From assembly GCA_946965045.2 (NCBI GenBank), contig OX337228.1, positions 4,464,001-4,528,000 on the forward strand: a stretch of 64,000 nt of DNA. The letters are read 5' to 3'. Positions 1-9,827 of this stretch are shown here, piece by piece. The notes below the pieces were generated by a model, which made no database searches, was not told the DNA's origin, and saw only the letters and a list, made by a program, of their open reading frames with translations. This DNA comes from Epithemia pelagica. Lineage: Eukaryota; Protista; Bacillariophyta. Made by a program: the position numbers and the translations under genes. Positions within the stretch are counted from its first letter, which is position 1, and the number at the start of each line of letters is the position of its first letter.

Positions 1-304
1 AGGAGATGGGGTGGCCGACGCTGCGCGATAGCCTGAATCCATAAGAGCAAGAGGGAATGCAATGCGTCGTATAGCGCCAGCCAACTCCGGATATGTGTCC
101 GTTGAGCAGTTCTTTCATTGTATCAGATTATTGGTCCCGTCAGTGGCATGACCAAACAGGACCAAATCTTCAGCGCTTACGTGCGACTGACGAACTTGTG
201 CGACAGAGGCGGAAAGGTTACTCTTCGTCCATGAGAAATGAGAGAAATCTATGGCTACACCTTATACAATAGCGGCATCCTAACAAGGAGAGGAAACAAA
301 AACC

Positions 305-2593
305 ATGGGCAATGAAACTGAAGTTCATAGCGACACAGAGATGTTGCTGGATCCTTCGCTCCTCGGAGGTTTGACTGAGGATCAGAAGAAGGAAGCCTTA
401 GCTGCGGCGGCTGCTGCGAAGCGTGCCGAGGAACGGGCGGAACAACGTGCCATTGAGAGGGCACTGAAACAAAAGGAAAAGGAGCGAAAGCAGCACAAGG
501 ATGCGGAAGCGATTCCTGGAAAGGACATGTCACGTACAGCAGGTCAAGAACAGTCGAATTCAGGTCGCCTCGTGTACGTCCCTAAACGGAAGCGCAGCCA
601 GCAGCAACCGGATGATAGGGCACCAAACAGGATGGCATCATCCGGTAAAACGACTCTTCTAACACAACCACAACATAGTCAAGAGCACACAATGTCAGGA
701 CCTCGTCATACTAAATTAAGTGGGGAAGAAATGAAGCTTGCTAGTGGGTCAAGATCACACTTCGATGTCCAAGACTCCTGGCTGTCAGGTAAGGAGCTCT
801 CATCAGTGAAGGAGTCTTATTTGGGAAAATCGGCTTCGGAAAAAGAAGAAGAGGCTGCGGCCAAACGGAAAAAGCAGCGATCATCAAAGAAAATCACGTT
901 TAAATTTCGTTGGGAAGATGAAGAAGATACGTTTGACGATAACGATCCCCTTTACAACAACACGTCATTAGCGGCGCCTCCAATGTCCTCATCCAACCAA
1001 CATCGTCCTGGTTCGCACAAACGAGACCGCAACAATCGATGGAAAGATACATTGGCTTTGCGCGATAATCACCATTCACAGCATAATAGTTCTGTTCAAA
1101 CCAAGCCTCTTGCGAAAATGACACCACGAGATTGGCGGATTGTCCGTGAGAATTACGAGATCACGGTGAGAGGAGGAAAGGCACCACCTCCCTTGCGGTC
1201 CTTTCGCGAAAATCCATGTCCTGGCGTGATACCAGATCTCCACCCTAAGTTACTCGATGCCGTGGAAAATGTGTTGAGATTCAAAGATCCTTCTCCCATC
1301 CAACGTCAAGCAATCCCAATCGGGCTGCAACGTCGTGATTTGATTGGAATTGCGGAGACTGGGAGTGGTAAAACAGTCGCCTTTGGAGTGCCACTGTGCC
1401 AGTACTTAATCAACCTCCCGGACCATGTTATACAGAGCGTGGCGGCAGAGGGCCCTCTTGGACTGGTCATGGCCCCAACACGCGAACTAGCATTGCAGAT
1501 TGATCGAGAACTTCAGAAGCTGCTGAGTTGCCAACGACTTGTGAAGACTGGAGCTGTTGTTGGTGGACAAGATATTCAACTTCAAGCACAAATGATAAGG
1601 CGAGGTATCCATATTATTGTGGGTACTCCTGGGCGTCTAAATGAATGTATCGAAATGAGTTATCTCGTTCTCAACCAATGTTGTTACCTTGTTCTCGACG
1701 AAGCTGATCGAATGATTGATATGGGATTTGCTCCGCAAATTGAGTCCATCATGGAAGCGATGGGAGGCACGTTGAAATCGGAGCGTGAAGACGAGGCATA
1801 CCAACAAGAACAAGATGACTTGGTAAAAGCTCATGTCGCGCGACATCGACTTACAGCCATGTTCAGTGCGACGATGCCCACGGAAGTCGAGCGGTTGGCC
1901 AAACAGTACTTGCGTCACCCGGCTGTGGTGAGCGTCGGGGATGAAGACTCGGTCAAAAATTCTAGGATTACACAACGTGTCATTTTTGTTGCGTCGCCGG
2001 CTCAAAAAGAGAAAGCTTTGCGAGACCAACTCAATGACCCGAGATTCCTCCGTGAGAAGGTGATTGTGTTTGTAAATGAAAAGAGACACGCGGATCAGGT
2101 TGGTCGTTTGGTGGAACGGAGTGGACGCTCCTGTGTCGTAATGCATGGAGGCAAGTCGCAAGAGCAACGTGAAGAGAATTTGGAAGCTTTTCGAAAGGGT
2201 GGGGTTGTCATGGTTGCTACCGATGTTGCTGGTAGAGGTCTAGACATTCCGGATGTGGCGCATGTTATCAACTTTGATCTACCCACTCGATCTATTGAAA
2301 ACTACACTCACAGAATTGGGCGGTAAGTTTCCTCGTCCGTTCACCGAAATCATGATATTGAATACCTTGATTCTCAACTTTTCTTTATCTTTCTCGTTAC
2401 GCTTCTTCTCTTGGTTAGAACTGGACGTGCCGGGAAACAGGGGTTTGCAACATCGTTCATATCGGATGAAGACGAAACCATAATGGCACCACTTAAGGCC
2501 TACCTGGAGAGCACAGGAAATACCGTCCCAGAACGACTGGCCCGTCACCCAGCTGCCAAAGATGGGGGTTCAATGGGCAATCTTATCTATTAG
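305..2593 (+). CDS. PRP28: DEAD-box RNA helicase Prp28/DDX23 (U5 snRNP); 2 exons
   Basis: Motifs PSPIQRQAIPIG, AETGSGKT, APTRELA, LDEADRMIDMGF, MFSATM, VATDVAGRGLDIPDV. GT-AG intron 2323-2418 restores HRIGR|TGRAG (motif VI). Charged N-terminus and LAKMTPRDWRIVRENYEITVRGG are typical of Prp28. Confidence 0.93.
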
Positions 2594-3468
2594 GCCGACT
2601 CTCCTGAAGACTTGTCCTCTTGTAACTGGTCATAGTCTTGTCTTTCAGGCTTTGTTGCTTTTGAAACATAGATTTGAACGCTTCCAAAATTAAGCTGGTA
2701 TATGTGTTCGACTTCAAAGGTACCGTTAGGACAATCGGAGTTTTCTATCTCTTTGGCAAAATCGAGAGGAGACGGAAAATTCTTGATTGAATTTTGAAGA
2801 TGCCAGTACTCTCGAGGAGCCCCTGATAAAATGCCTCCCAGGAAAGGAATGACGTTTCGAATAAAGAAACGAGCTGCAACACCCATGACTCCAAATGAAT
2901 CATCTGGTTCACTAAACTCCAAGATGCAGAACCGACTGCTCGGCTTGAGCAACCGATGAATCTCACATAGCGCAACGTCGCGCTCAGGGACATTTCGAAT
3001 GCCAAAAGCCATGGTCGCAGCATCGAATGAGCTTTCAGGCAATCGTTTCATATCACGGGCATCAAACATCTGCAAATCAACCATGGATTCAAGGTCTTGC
3101 TCCTTTACTTTTCCCCGCCCAATGTCCAGCATCTTTTCACTGGGATCGACTCCGAGGACTGCGGCTCCCCTTATTTCCGATGCTAGAAGAAGAGCGACAT
3201 CGGCCGTACCCGTAGAAACATCTAAAATCTTATACCCCAGTTGTTCTTGGTTTAGGCTGGATTTTATTTCAGAAACCATTCTTCGTCTCCAGCTCAAGTC
3301 CATTCCAAGTGCAAGAATGCGATTGATCATGTCGTAGCGACCAGCAATCAGATCGAACATCGACCCTTTTCCATGATCGGTTGGTGGCCTCACGATCCCA
3401 GAAAAGAGGAAATAGTGTGCCAGAATGGCCAGCAGTGGCAGTAGGAAGAATGCATAAATGCTCTTCAT
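2590..3468 (-). CDS. UbiE/COQ5/MenG-family SAM-dependent methyltransferase with an N-terminal hydrophobic signal or anchor
   Basis: MFDLIAGRYDMINRILALGMD..WRR, ILDVSTGTADVA, SFDAATMAFGIRNV, RFCILEFSEP. Start placed at MKSIYAFFLLPLLAILAHYFLF (ATG 3468); the ORF is open to 3609. Confidence 0.88.
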   Translation of the reverse strand: MKSIYAFFLLPLLAILAHYFLFSGIVRPPTDHGKGSMFDLIAGRYDMINRILALGMDLSWRRRMVSEIKSSLNQEQLGYKILDVSTGTADVALLLASEIRGAAVLGVDPSEKMLDIGRGKVKEQDLESMVDLQMFDARDMKRLPESSFDAATMAFGIRNVPERDVALCEIHRLLKPSSRFCILEFSEPDDSFGVMGVAARFFIRNVIPFLGGILSGAPREYWHLQNSIKNFPSPLDFAKEIENSDCPNGTFEVEHIYQLNFGSVQIYVSKATKPERQDYDQLQEDKSSGESA

Positions 3469-3734
3469 CTTAAACTGAGGTCTCGCCTTGTTTTCCTTTG
3501 AGCGCCTTCCGACTAAGCTGTCTAGGAGTAGACCATCGTCAGATCGGTTCATCCATTCTCCCCGTGTCGTTGTCGTGCATGCGTCAGTCCAAGGGAGGGC
3601 TCGCGACAAGTCGCATCTTGCACGCGTGACGCACGGCGTGACTCGAGTTCACAGCGAGGCGCACATTTTCCGCCTCCACAAACCCATGTACTTTTGAAAA
3701 GGGAGAAGGGAGAACCAGCACTAGGTTTGAGGAG

Positions 3735-5813
3735 ATGCCACGAGTTTATAATCCACCGGTGCCTAAAGCAGGTCCTGGATGTGCTTTAGGAGGTACGTCT
3801 CAATATGGCAAGAGACGACGTCGGCACGCAGAACAACAAAAACGGACCTTCAGACCCAAGCTGACGAACCAAAACAAGAAACAGAAGACAAACCAATCTT
3901 CCTCTCCTGGCCGGGAAGAGAAAATAGGCGATGATACACGCTCGATTCGAATTGATGACACGACAAATTCCACGGCAATTAATGAAACAGCCAGAAAAGC
4001 CTCTAAGAAGGTTGTGTTCGAGAAACACACCCCACAAAGTATCTTGAAGAATGGACATTATCATTGTCGCAGTGAACTGAATGATCCTCCTAAGTCACCT
4101 ACAGGCTCAAAGTCGGGACCTGATGCCTCAGAGAGTTCCGTGCATGTTTCCAAAGATACTATGGATTTGACTGTGATGCGTCCAACTTGCGATGGAAGTA
4201 CTAAGATTGCTTTGGGCTTAGACACGAGATGCTGCTTATGTAACAAGGAAGATAGTGCATTATCGCTTCGAAAGTCTCTCGGAACAACTATCACTCATGA
4301 GTACTCAAAGTTCTTGCAGTCTTCGTGGAAATATCATGATCTCTTGCCCGATCATGTCATCGCAACTGGAAACCTGGACAACGGCTCGACCACAGTGACG
4401 CTCAAACTGGAATCGCGGACAACTCTCAGTGATAAACTTTCATCTAGTGAAGAGTTTCTTACTCCCGTTTGGTGCCACTCCTTGGAAAATGGCAAAAATT
4501 CCAAAAGCGAACAGCAGCAATCGTTCGCACAAGAACATTTGATATCGGAAAAAGCACTGCGTCCGAAGAGCTCTTGGAAAATGATACAAAAGATGGGTAC
4601 GTTTCGTTATTGGAAAGTTGCTGTGTAACTCAATTCACCTTACCTTGAATCTCTCTCCTGCATAGTATGTTCAATGTTGAAAGCCAGTGATGAAGGTTCT
4701 GCAGGGAGGGACGACAGCACCGAACCGCAGCCACGGTGCGATTCCTGGTTCATCACAATAATCACCACAGATGTGGCACTCTTTTACAAGAGCAGGGAAC
4801 CCGAGGAGCACGTTGCAGGGATCACAAAATTCGTCAAGTCTCTCCACGATGAGAAGCACTGCAGCTTACGAGTGCAGCTCGTGGTCATGGCGACGGGAGC
4901 TGTTTCTGTTGACAATCCTGCGAAACAAACCAACATTGCTGAAGATAATAATCACTCCTGTTGGGTGGAGGAAGGGAGACACCTTTTCAATAGCTCAGTC
5001 GGCAACTGTGTCCAAGAGCTCCAGAGGACGCTTGTTACATTGCTTCAGCAGGAGGAAAGATCAAACACGGAAATATCGATCGAGATCATAGATCAGTGCC
5101 AACTTGGCTTACAGACTCTATGGGCACCATGGTTAGACATACGTTTCGCGAACACGAAATCAAGCACAGCTAGTAAGTCCTCCATTCTATGGGAGCTGGA
5201 TCTACCTGAAACCTGGGATTGCGTGCAATCCAAGATTTGTTTGCAGCTGAAGTCACATGTTGCACCTTCAATGCTGACTACAGGAGTCCCGGTCATGCTT
5301 TCACCTCTACTCCCTCATTCGAAGAACAACGATGCAAGCATCACTTCGTTGTTGTCTCCTCTCAAGCCGATTCAACTGGCTCCCATCGAGAGCCTAGATG
5401 CAAGTTTGCTGTATGGCCTCCCAATGACTGTGACAGCTGGTGTGAACAAAGAAAGACATGGAAGCGAACAGCAAGTCGAAGATATGAAGGTACTTGTTCA
5501 ATCAATGTTTCATGTTTTGCATGAGCGAGGCCAAGCAATAGTCCTCAAAGGAGAGAGACCTTTGGGTAAGCATTCAGTCGTCACGCGAGACGAGAAGGCT
5601 CAAATCTACGTGATCATGCCACGAGCATCTAGTGGTTCCCTTTCTTCGGCAACATCTGGAATTCTTTTTCATTACGCTTCGGGTCCCGATTTGATCGATG
5701 TACCAACACCCAAACTGGTGGAGGGAGACCACAAACAGGTAGTGGAGCATGTTCAACAGGCTCTCGATTATTTGCCATGTCTCCCAATCAACCCTTTCTT
5801 GGTCGAAGGATGA
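3735..5813 (+). CDS. Protein with a basic/disordered N-terminus and a C-terminal region resembling meiosis 1 arrest protein (M1AP); 2 exons
   Basis: ORFs 3735-4628 and 4674-5813 join in frame through intron 4597-4665 (GTACGT...CATAG). C-terminal motifs LLYGLP, KGERP, YVIMP and ALDYLPCLPINPF resemble M1AP as I recall it; not verified by search. Confidence 0.6.
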
Positions 5814-5870
5814 AGATATCAGCTAAAACTGAAGAAAGATATGGGATCAACTCGATTGGAAAGCATTTCC

Positions 5871-7139
5871 TTAAATCGCCATGGATGCCCTTGTAGCAAT
5901 TGTTGAATTGTCTGTGAGAGAGACATCATCGGGGTCATACTGATGTGTGCAAGGGGATAAGCACGAATTACCAAAGTCGCAGCTGCATAAAAATTTTTCC
6001 CATAAAGACGACATTGTCCACTTTCTTTGAGTTTGAGGTACTGACGGAACTTGCACATGCATTTGACGTCGTTGAGCTTGAAAGTCACGTTGTGCTTGTT
6101 CTTCGTTTGCCTGGATATGATTCAGCAAAGACCCGATTTTTCGCTCCATGGTCGATCTCGTCAAGTTCATGGGAGGAGGAGGTGGCGGCGGCACAAAGTC
6201 AGGTAGTGGAGAAACCATGTCCAGAGCAGGGACATAGTCTGATTCTCTAACATCCACTGACAACTGCAGATAGGCCTTGCAAAGAGAAAAACGTTCGTCT
6301 CTAATGTTCCCTTCATCAGAAGACCGTGCACATGTCAATGGTTTCTGCAGAGGCAGCGAGACCGAGTGGCGTCCAACATGTGATGGTACACGAAGATAGG
6401 CGACACCATCCCAATCCGAACTTGAAGCATGGTCCTGGCGACCAAGCCTCACGAACAGTTCCACAATCCTTTCAGAAGCATCCTCCTCAACCTGAGACCG
6501 CTTTCTCGACAAGTCTCCGTCGAAGGAGTTAACCATTTCTGTTTCCATTGGAGAAGTAGGAGAGCCACTGCTATGTTTGGATGAAAGGCTTCGTTGGAAA
6601 GTCGATTTCTCCCGGGGAGGAGAGTTTGGCTCGCTCTCGTTGTTGTTGTTTGAAGGAATATACATGGACATATGCGGTTGGTCAGGCCACACAATTGTGC
6701 TGGCGTCTAGGGGGTCAGCTTCGGACTCCACCAACAAATGGCCTGTGTGATTGCACACGACACTGGAACCAACCTGCATTTCCTTGTGTTGCAAAGTAGA
6801 CTCGCCAAAGGCAACCATTGCAGGAGCCGTAGAGCTTTCCCGTGACGAAAAATAACCGACATTCGTTAGACTCTGTATCGTAACATGCACTTTATGCCTG
6901 CAGGCTGAGGCCTCGCTTCTATCATTCGATGAGGAGTTCAAACTTGTGCAGCAAGATGTTTTTGTGGTGATGGATGTTGACATTATCGCTAGTCCTTGCT
7001 TCTTGGCACCATGATCACAAAGTGACAACGAAGACGGCACTCTGTCGTTCTCGAGTATTGGAATTTCCAGGACCATGGTAGAGAAATGATCAACGAGTTT
7101 AGTATTGACTATTGACTGGTGCTTGCTATTTGCTATCAT
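5871..7139 (-). CDS. Hypothetical protein (422 aa)
   Basis: Long ATG-initiated ORF filling the space between flanking genes. Beta-strand-like segments alternate with Ser-rich linkers and a poly-Pro run. No family recognised. Confidence 0.7.
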   Translation of the reverse strand: MIANSKHQSIVNTKLVDHFSTMVLEIPILENDRVPSSLSLCDHGAKKQGLAIMSTSITTKTSCCTSLNSSSNDRSEASACRHKVHVTIQSLTNVGYFSSRESSTAPAMVAFGESTLQHKEMQVGSSVVCNHTGHLLVESEADPLDASTIVWPDQPHMSMYIPSNNNNESEPNSPPREKSTFQRSLSSKHSSGSPTSPMETEMVNSFDGDLSRKRSQVEEDASERIVELFVRLGRQDHASSSDWDGVAYLRVPSHVGRHSVSLPLQKPLTCARSSDEGNIRDERFSLCKAYLQLSVDVRESDYVPALDMVSPLPDFVPPPPPPPMNLTRSTMERKIGSLLNHIQANEEQAQRDFQAQRRQMHVQVPSVPQTQRKWTMSSLWEKFLCSCDFGNSCLSPCTHQYDPDDVSLTDNSTIATRASMAI

Positions 7140-7451
7140 CTGCTTCTTTTGTCCTCTACTTGGTTCAAATTTATGCTTGGTGTTTTGTGGAGGGAACTCA
7201 AGAGACAGTGTTCAAGCCGACGGGCTCGTTCTCCCGTGGAGATCCATAATGATTTTTCTGTGAACGCCAAAAACTCTCCACACACGATATGTCCCGGCGC
7301 GAACATGAACGAACGCTTCCCCACCAACCCTCTCCAGCCCCACCACATCAAAAATGAGAAAACACGACACGTGGAAACTTTGCTCAAAATCAACAACATA
7401 CACAGATCTGAGATTTCTCATTGTTGTCCGCATCTTACGTTGTGATGGCAA

Positions 7452-9784
7452 ATGATGAAAATGAAAGTACTATGCAAACTTATTTTACTTAGCACATGCT
7501 TGATCGTTTCCCTGGGGTCTCAGCCGGCAGGCAGTGGCCCTTCGTACGGACAACAGGGATATGGAAACTATCATGACGGCTCTCAGCACTCTATGATGGC
7601 CCCACCGAAACAAGCGAACCCACTCCCACCTGGATGGACCGAGTACTTTGATCAGGCGTCAGGGCAGTCGTACTACCATAACGCACTGGATGGGACCACG
7701 ACATGGGAGCGCCCAGTTGTGGATACTCCGGAACCAGAGGAGGACTCGGGGAGCAAGGAAGTGAACGCCACAGAGACGGAATCCACCGGTGAACAAAGTG
7801 GATCACCGCCCTCTTCACAGCAAGCTGCGCCCATTCAACCACCCACCTCGGAACCAAACTCGATGCCAGAAGCATCGGCTGGGTACTCGACTCTTCAAGT
7901 TCCAGAGGGACAAGTTGTACGAACTCCCGAGGGTAATGTCTTGACAAGCTATAGCGTAGACGAACAAGCCAGCTCGGTGGGGCAAGACAGTGAAACGTCT
8001 GCGGACCAGCCAGCTACAAATGCTCGACCGCCATCTGAGGGCACGGGTGTGGAACAGGGAGGTCCGACGAGTGCTGCTCCTGGAGGATCTCGACCTTGGG
8101 GCACACCATCTCAAGGCCAACCGTGGGGTGTAGATCGTAGTAGCGGCCCACCGGTACAGCCGACTCCAGGTGGTTCTCCACCTCCCGGGTTTGATGGAGG
8201 ATCAAGTGGTGCCACGTTTGATCCATCACAGGAGCAACAAGCTCGGGATGACGGAAACACTGTTCCGTCGAGAGAGACAGTGCCACGTACCGATAGTGGA
8301 CAACAAAATGTCGCAAGTCCTCCACAGCAACAGAACACCCCTCCTGAAACTATGCAAGGAGGAACTACGAGCCAAGGAGTGCCACCAAATCAGCCAGTTG
8401 CTGTCTCAAGCCAGAGTGGACAGAACATGAACAAACCTGGCCCCGAGATTCCACAATCAGGAGCAGGAGGGCCCCCGGGTCCCCAGTTCACAGGCCAGTA
8501 CGGCGCAGGGGGGCTTCCTCCTCGCCCACAGCAACAAATGCCATCGCCTACCGGTGGACCGCCAGTGCCGGAACAAAAACGAGGACCGCCAGGTCCACTG
8601 CCGAACCAACCTCGACCTGGTGCTACTGGCCAGTTCAATGCTCCTGGACAAGGACGACCTGGTCCAGGAAACCCTTACATGCGTCAAGCGTATCCTCCCC
8701 CTTCGCACCAACAACAACAGCAACAGCCGGTACAACAACAACAACAACAACAGCCACCGCAGTACAATCAGTATGGGCAGTATGGTCAACCGGGTTACCC
8801 ACAGCAGCAGCAACAACAGTCAATGCAATATAACCAGTACCACCAGCAATATTATCGATCGTATGGTCCCCCTGGACAGCAAGGGCAACGGCCACCTCCG
8901 CAGCAACCAATGCAGCTTGTTTCTCAAGAAACGTCTACCGCGGTTCGGGGCGCAATTGGTTCCGCGTGGCAAGGTATCCTCGGCTTTCGCAACCGTACCA
9001 AAGAAGCTGTCGAAACAGCTACCAACAGTGTTGTGAACTCGGCGAAAGAAGCTGGTCAGACCATTTCTAGTACAAGCACCAGTAAGTTTCATCCTCAACG
9101 TGAATCATTTTCTTAAAACTGTCCGCTCACTGTTTTCTGCACTCAACAACAGATATACTGGGACAGGCACGTACCACCTTTGGTTCCTTCTTTGAACCAA
9201 ACACTGGAAATCAACCTCAGTATTCATTGACTGGTAACCAAGTACCTGGTTCGGGTAGACCGACGCAGGGTTATCCACAAGCTCCTGGTGCTGGAAGGCC
9301 CCAACCCGGAGGTTATCCGTATCCGCCACAACAGGGCTATCCTCCCAACTACCCACCACAGCAGCAGCAACAAGTCCCCGGTGGTTACGGCGGTACTCCA
9401 GGGTATCCGCCTCGCTTTCCCACTCAAGGTCCTCCTGGAACGGGGCCTCCACCAGCTCAGCAGCAGGGTCCTCCTCGATCCCCTCCCCAAGGCAATCCTT
9501 ATCCTCCTGGCTATCGTCCTCCACAACCAAGAGCCGACCAACCGTATATTCACGAACGGAATCCTTCCCCAGGAAGCGTTGGTGGTTACCCACCGCGACA
9601 GCCTCCTCAACGACCACCACCGCAAACTCAGTGGCAAGGAGGAACTCGGCCCCCACCGCAAGGATGGCAAGGAGGACCACCACGATCTGGACCACCTGGA
9701 AATGAAGCTCCAACACCCGAGAAAAAGGACACTCCAGAAAATACGGATGCATGGAGTCATCCAGGACTCAATCCTGATTTCTAA
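7452..9784 (+). CDS. Signal-peptide protein with a WW domain and long Pro/Gln/Gly/Tyr low-complexity regions; 2 exons
   Basis: Hydrophobic N-terminus MKMKVLCKLILLSTCLIVSLG. Canonical WW domain PLPPGWTEYFDQASGQSYYHNALDGTTTWERP. Intron 9082-9152 (GTAAGT...AACAG) joins ORF 7452 to ORF 9227 in frame. Confidence 0.85.
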
Positions 9785-9827
9785 ATAGTTTTAGAGACGA
9801 AATTAAATAAGAACGCGCTGGCCATAA

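Noticed and set aside
1-130. Short open frames on the minus strand at the window start (e.g. MKELLNGH...)
   Set aside because: Too short and truncated; no recognisable motif.
8700-8850. (CAA/CAG)n runs resembling microsatellites
   Set aside because: They encode the poly-Gln tracts of the WW protein and are not independent repeats.
7591-9760. Many 75-215 aa ORFs overlapping the WW/Pro-Gln gene on both strands
   Set aside because: Shadow frames of low-complexity CAA/CAG/CCN-rich coding sequence.
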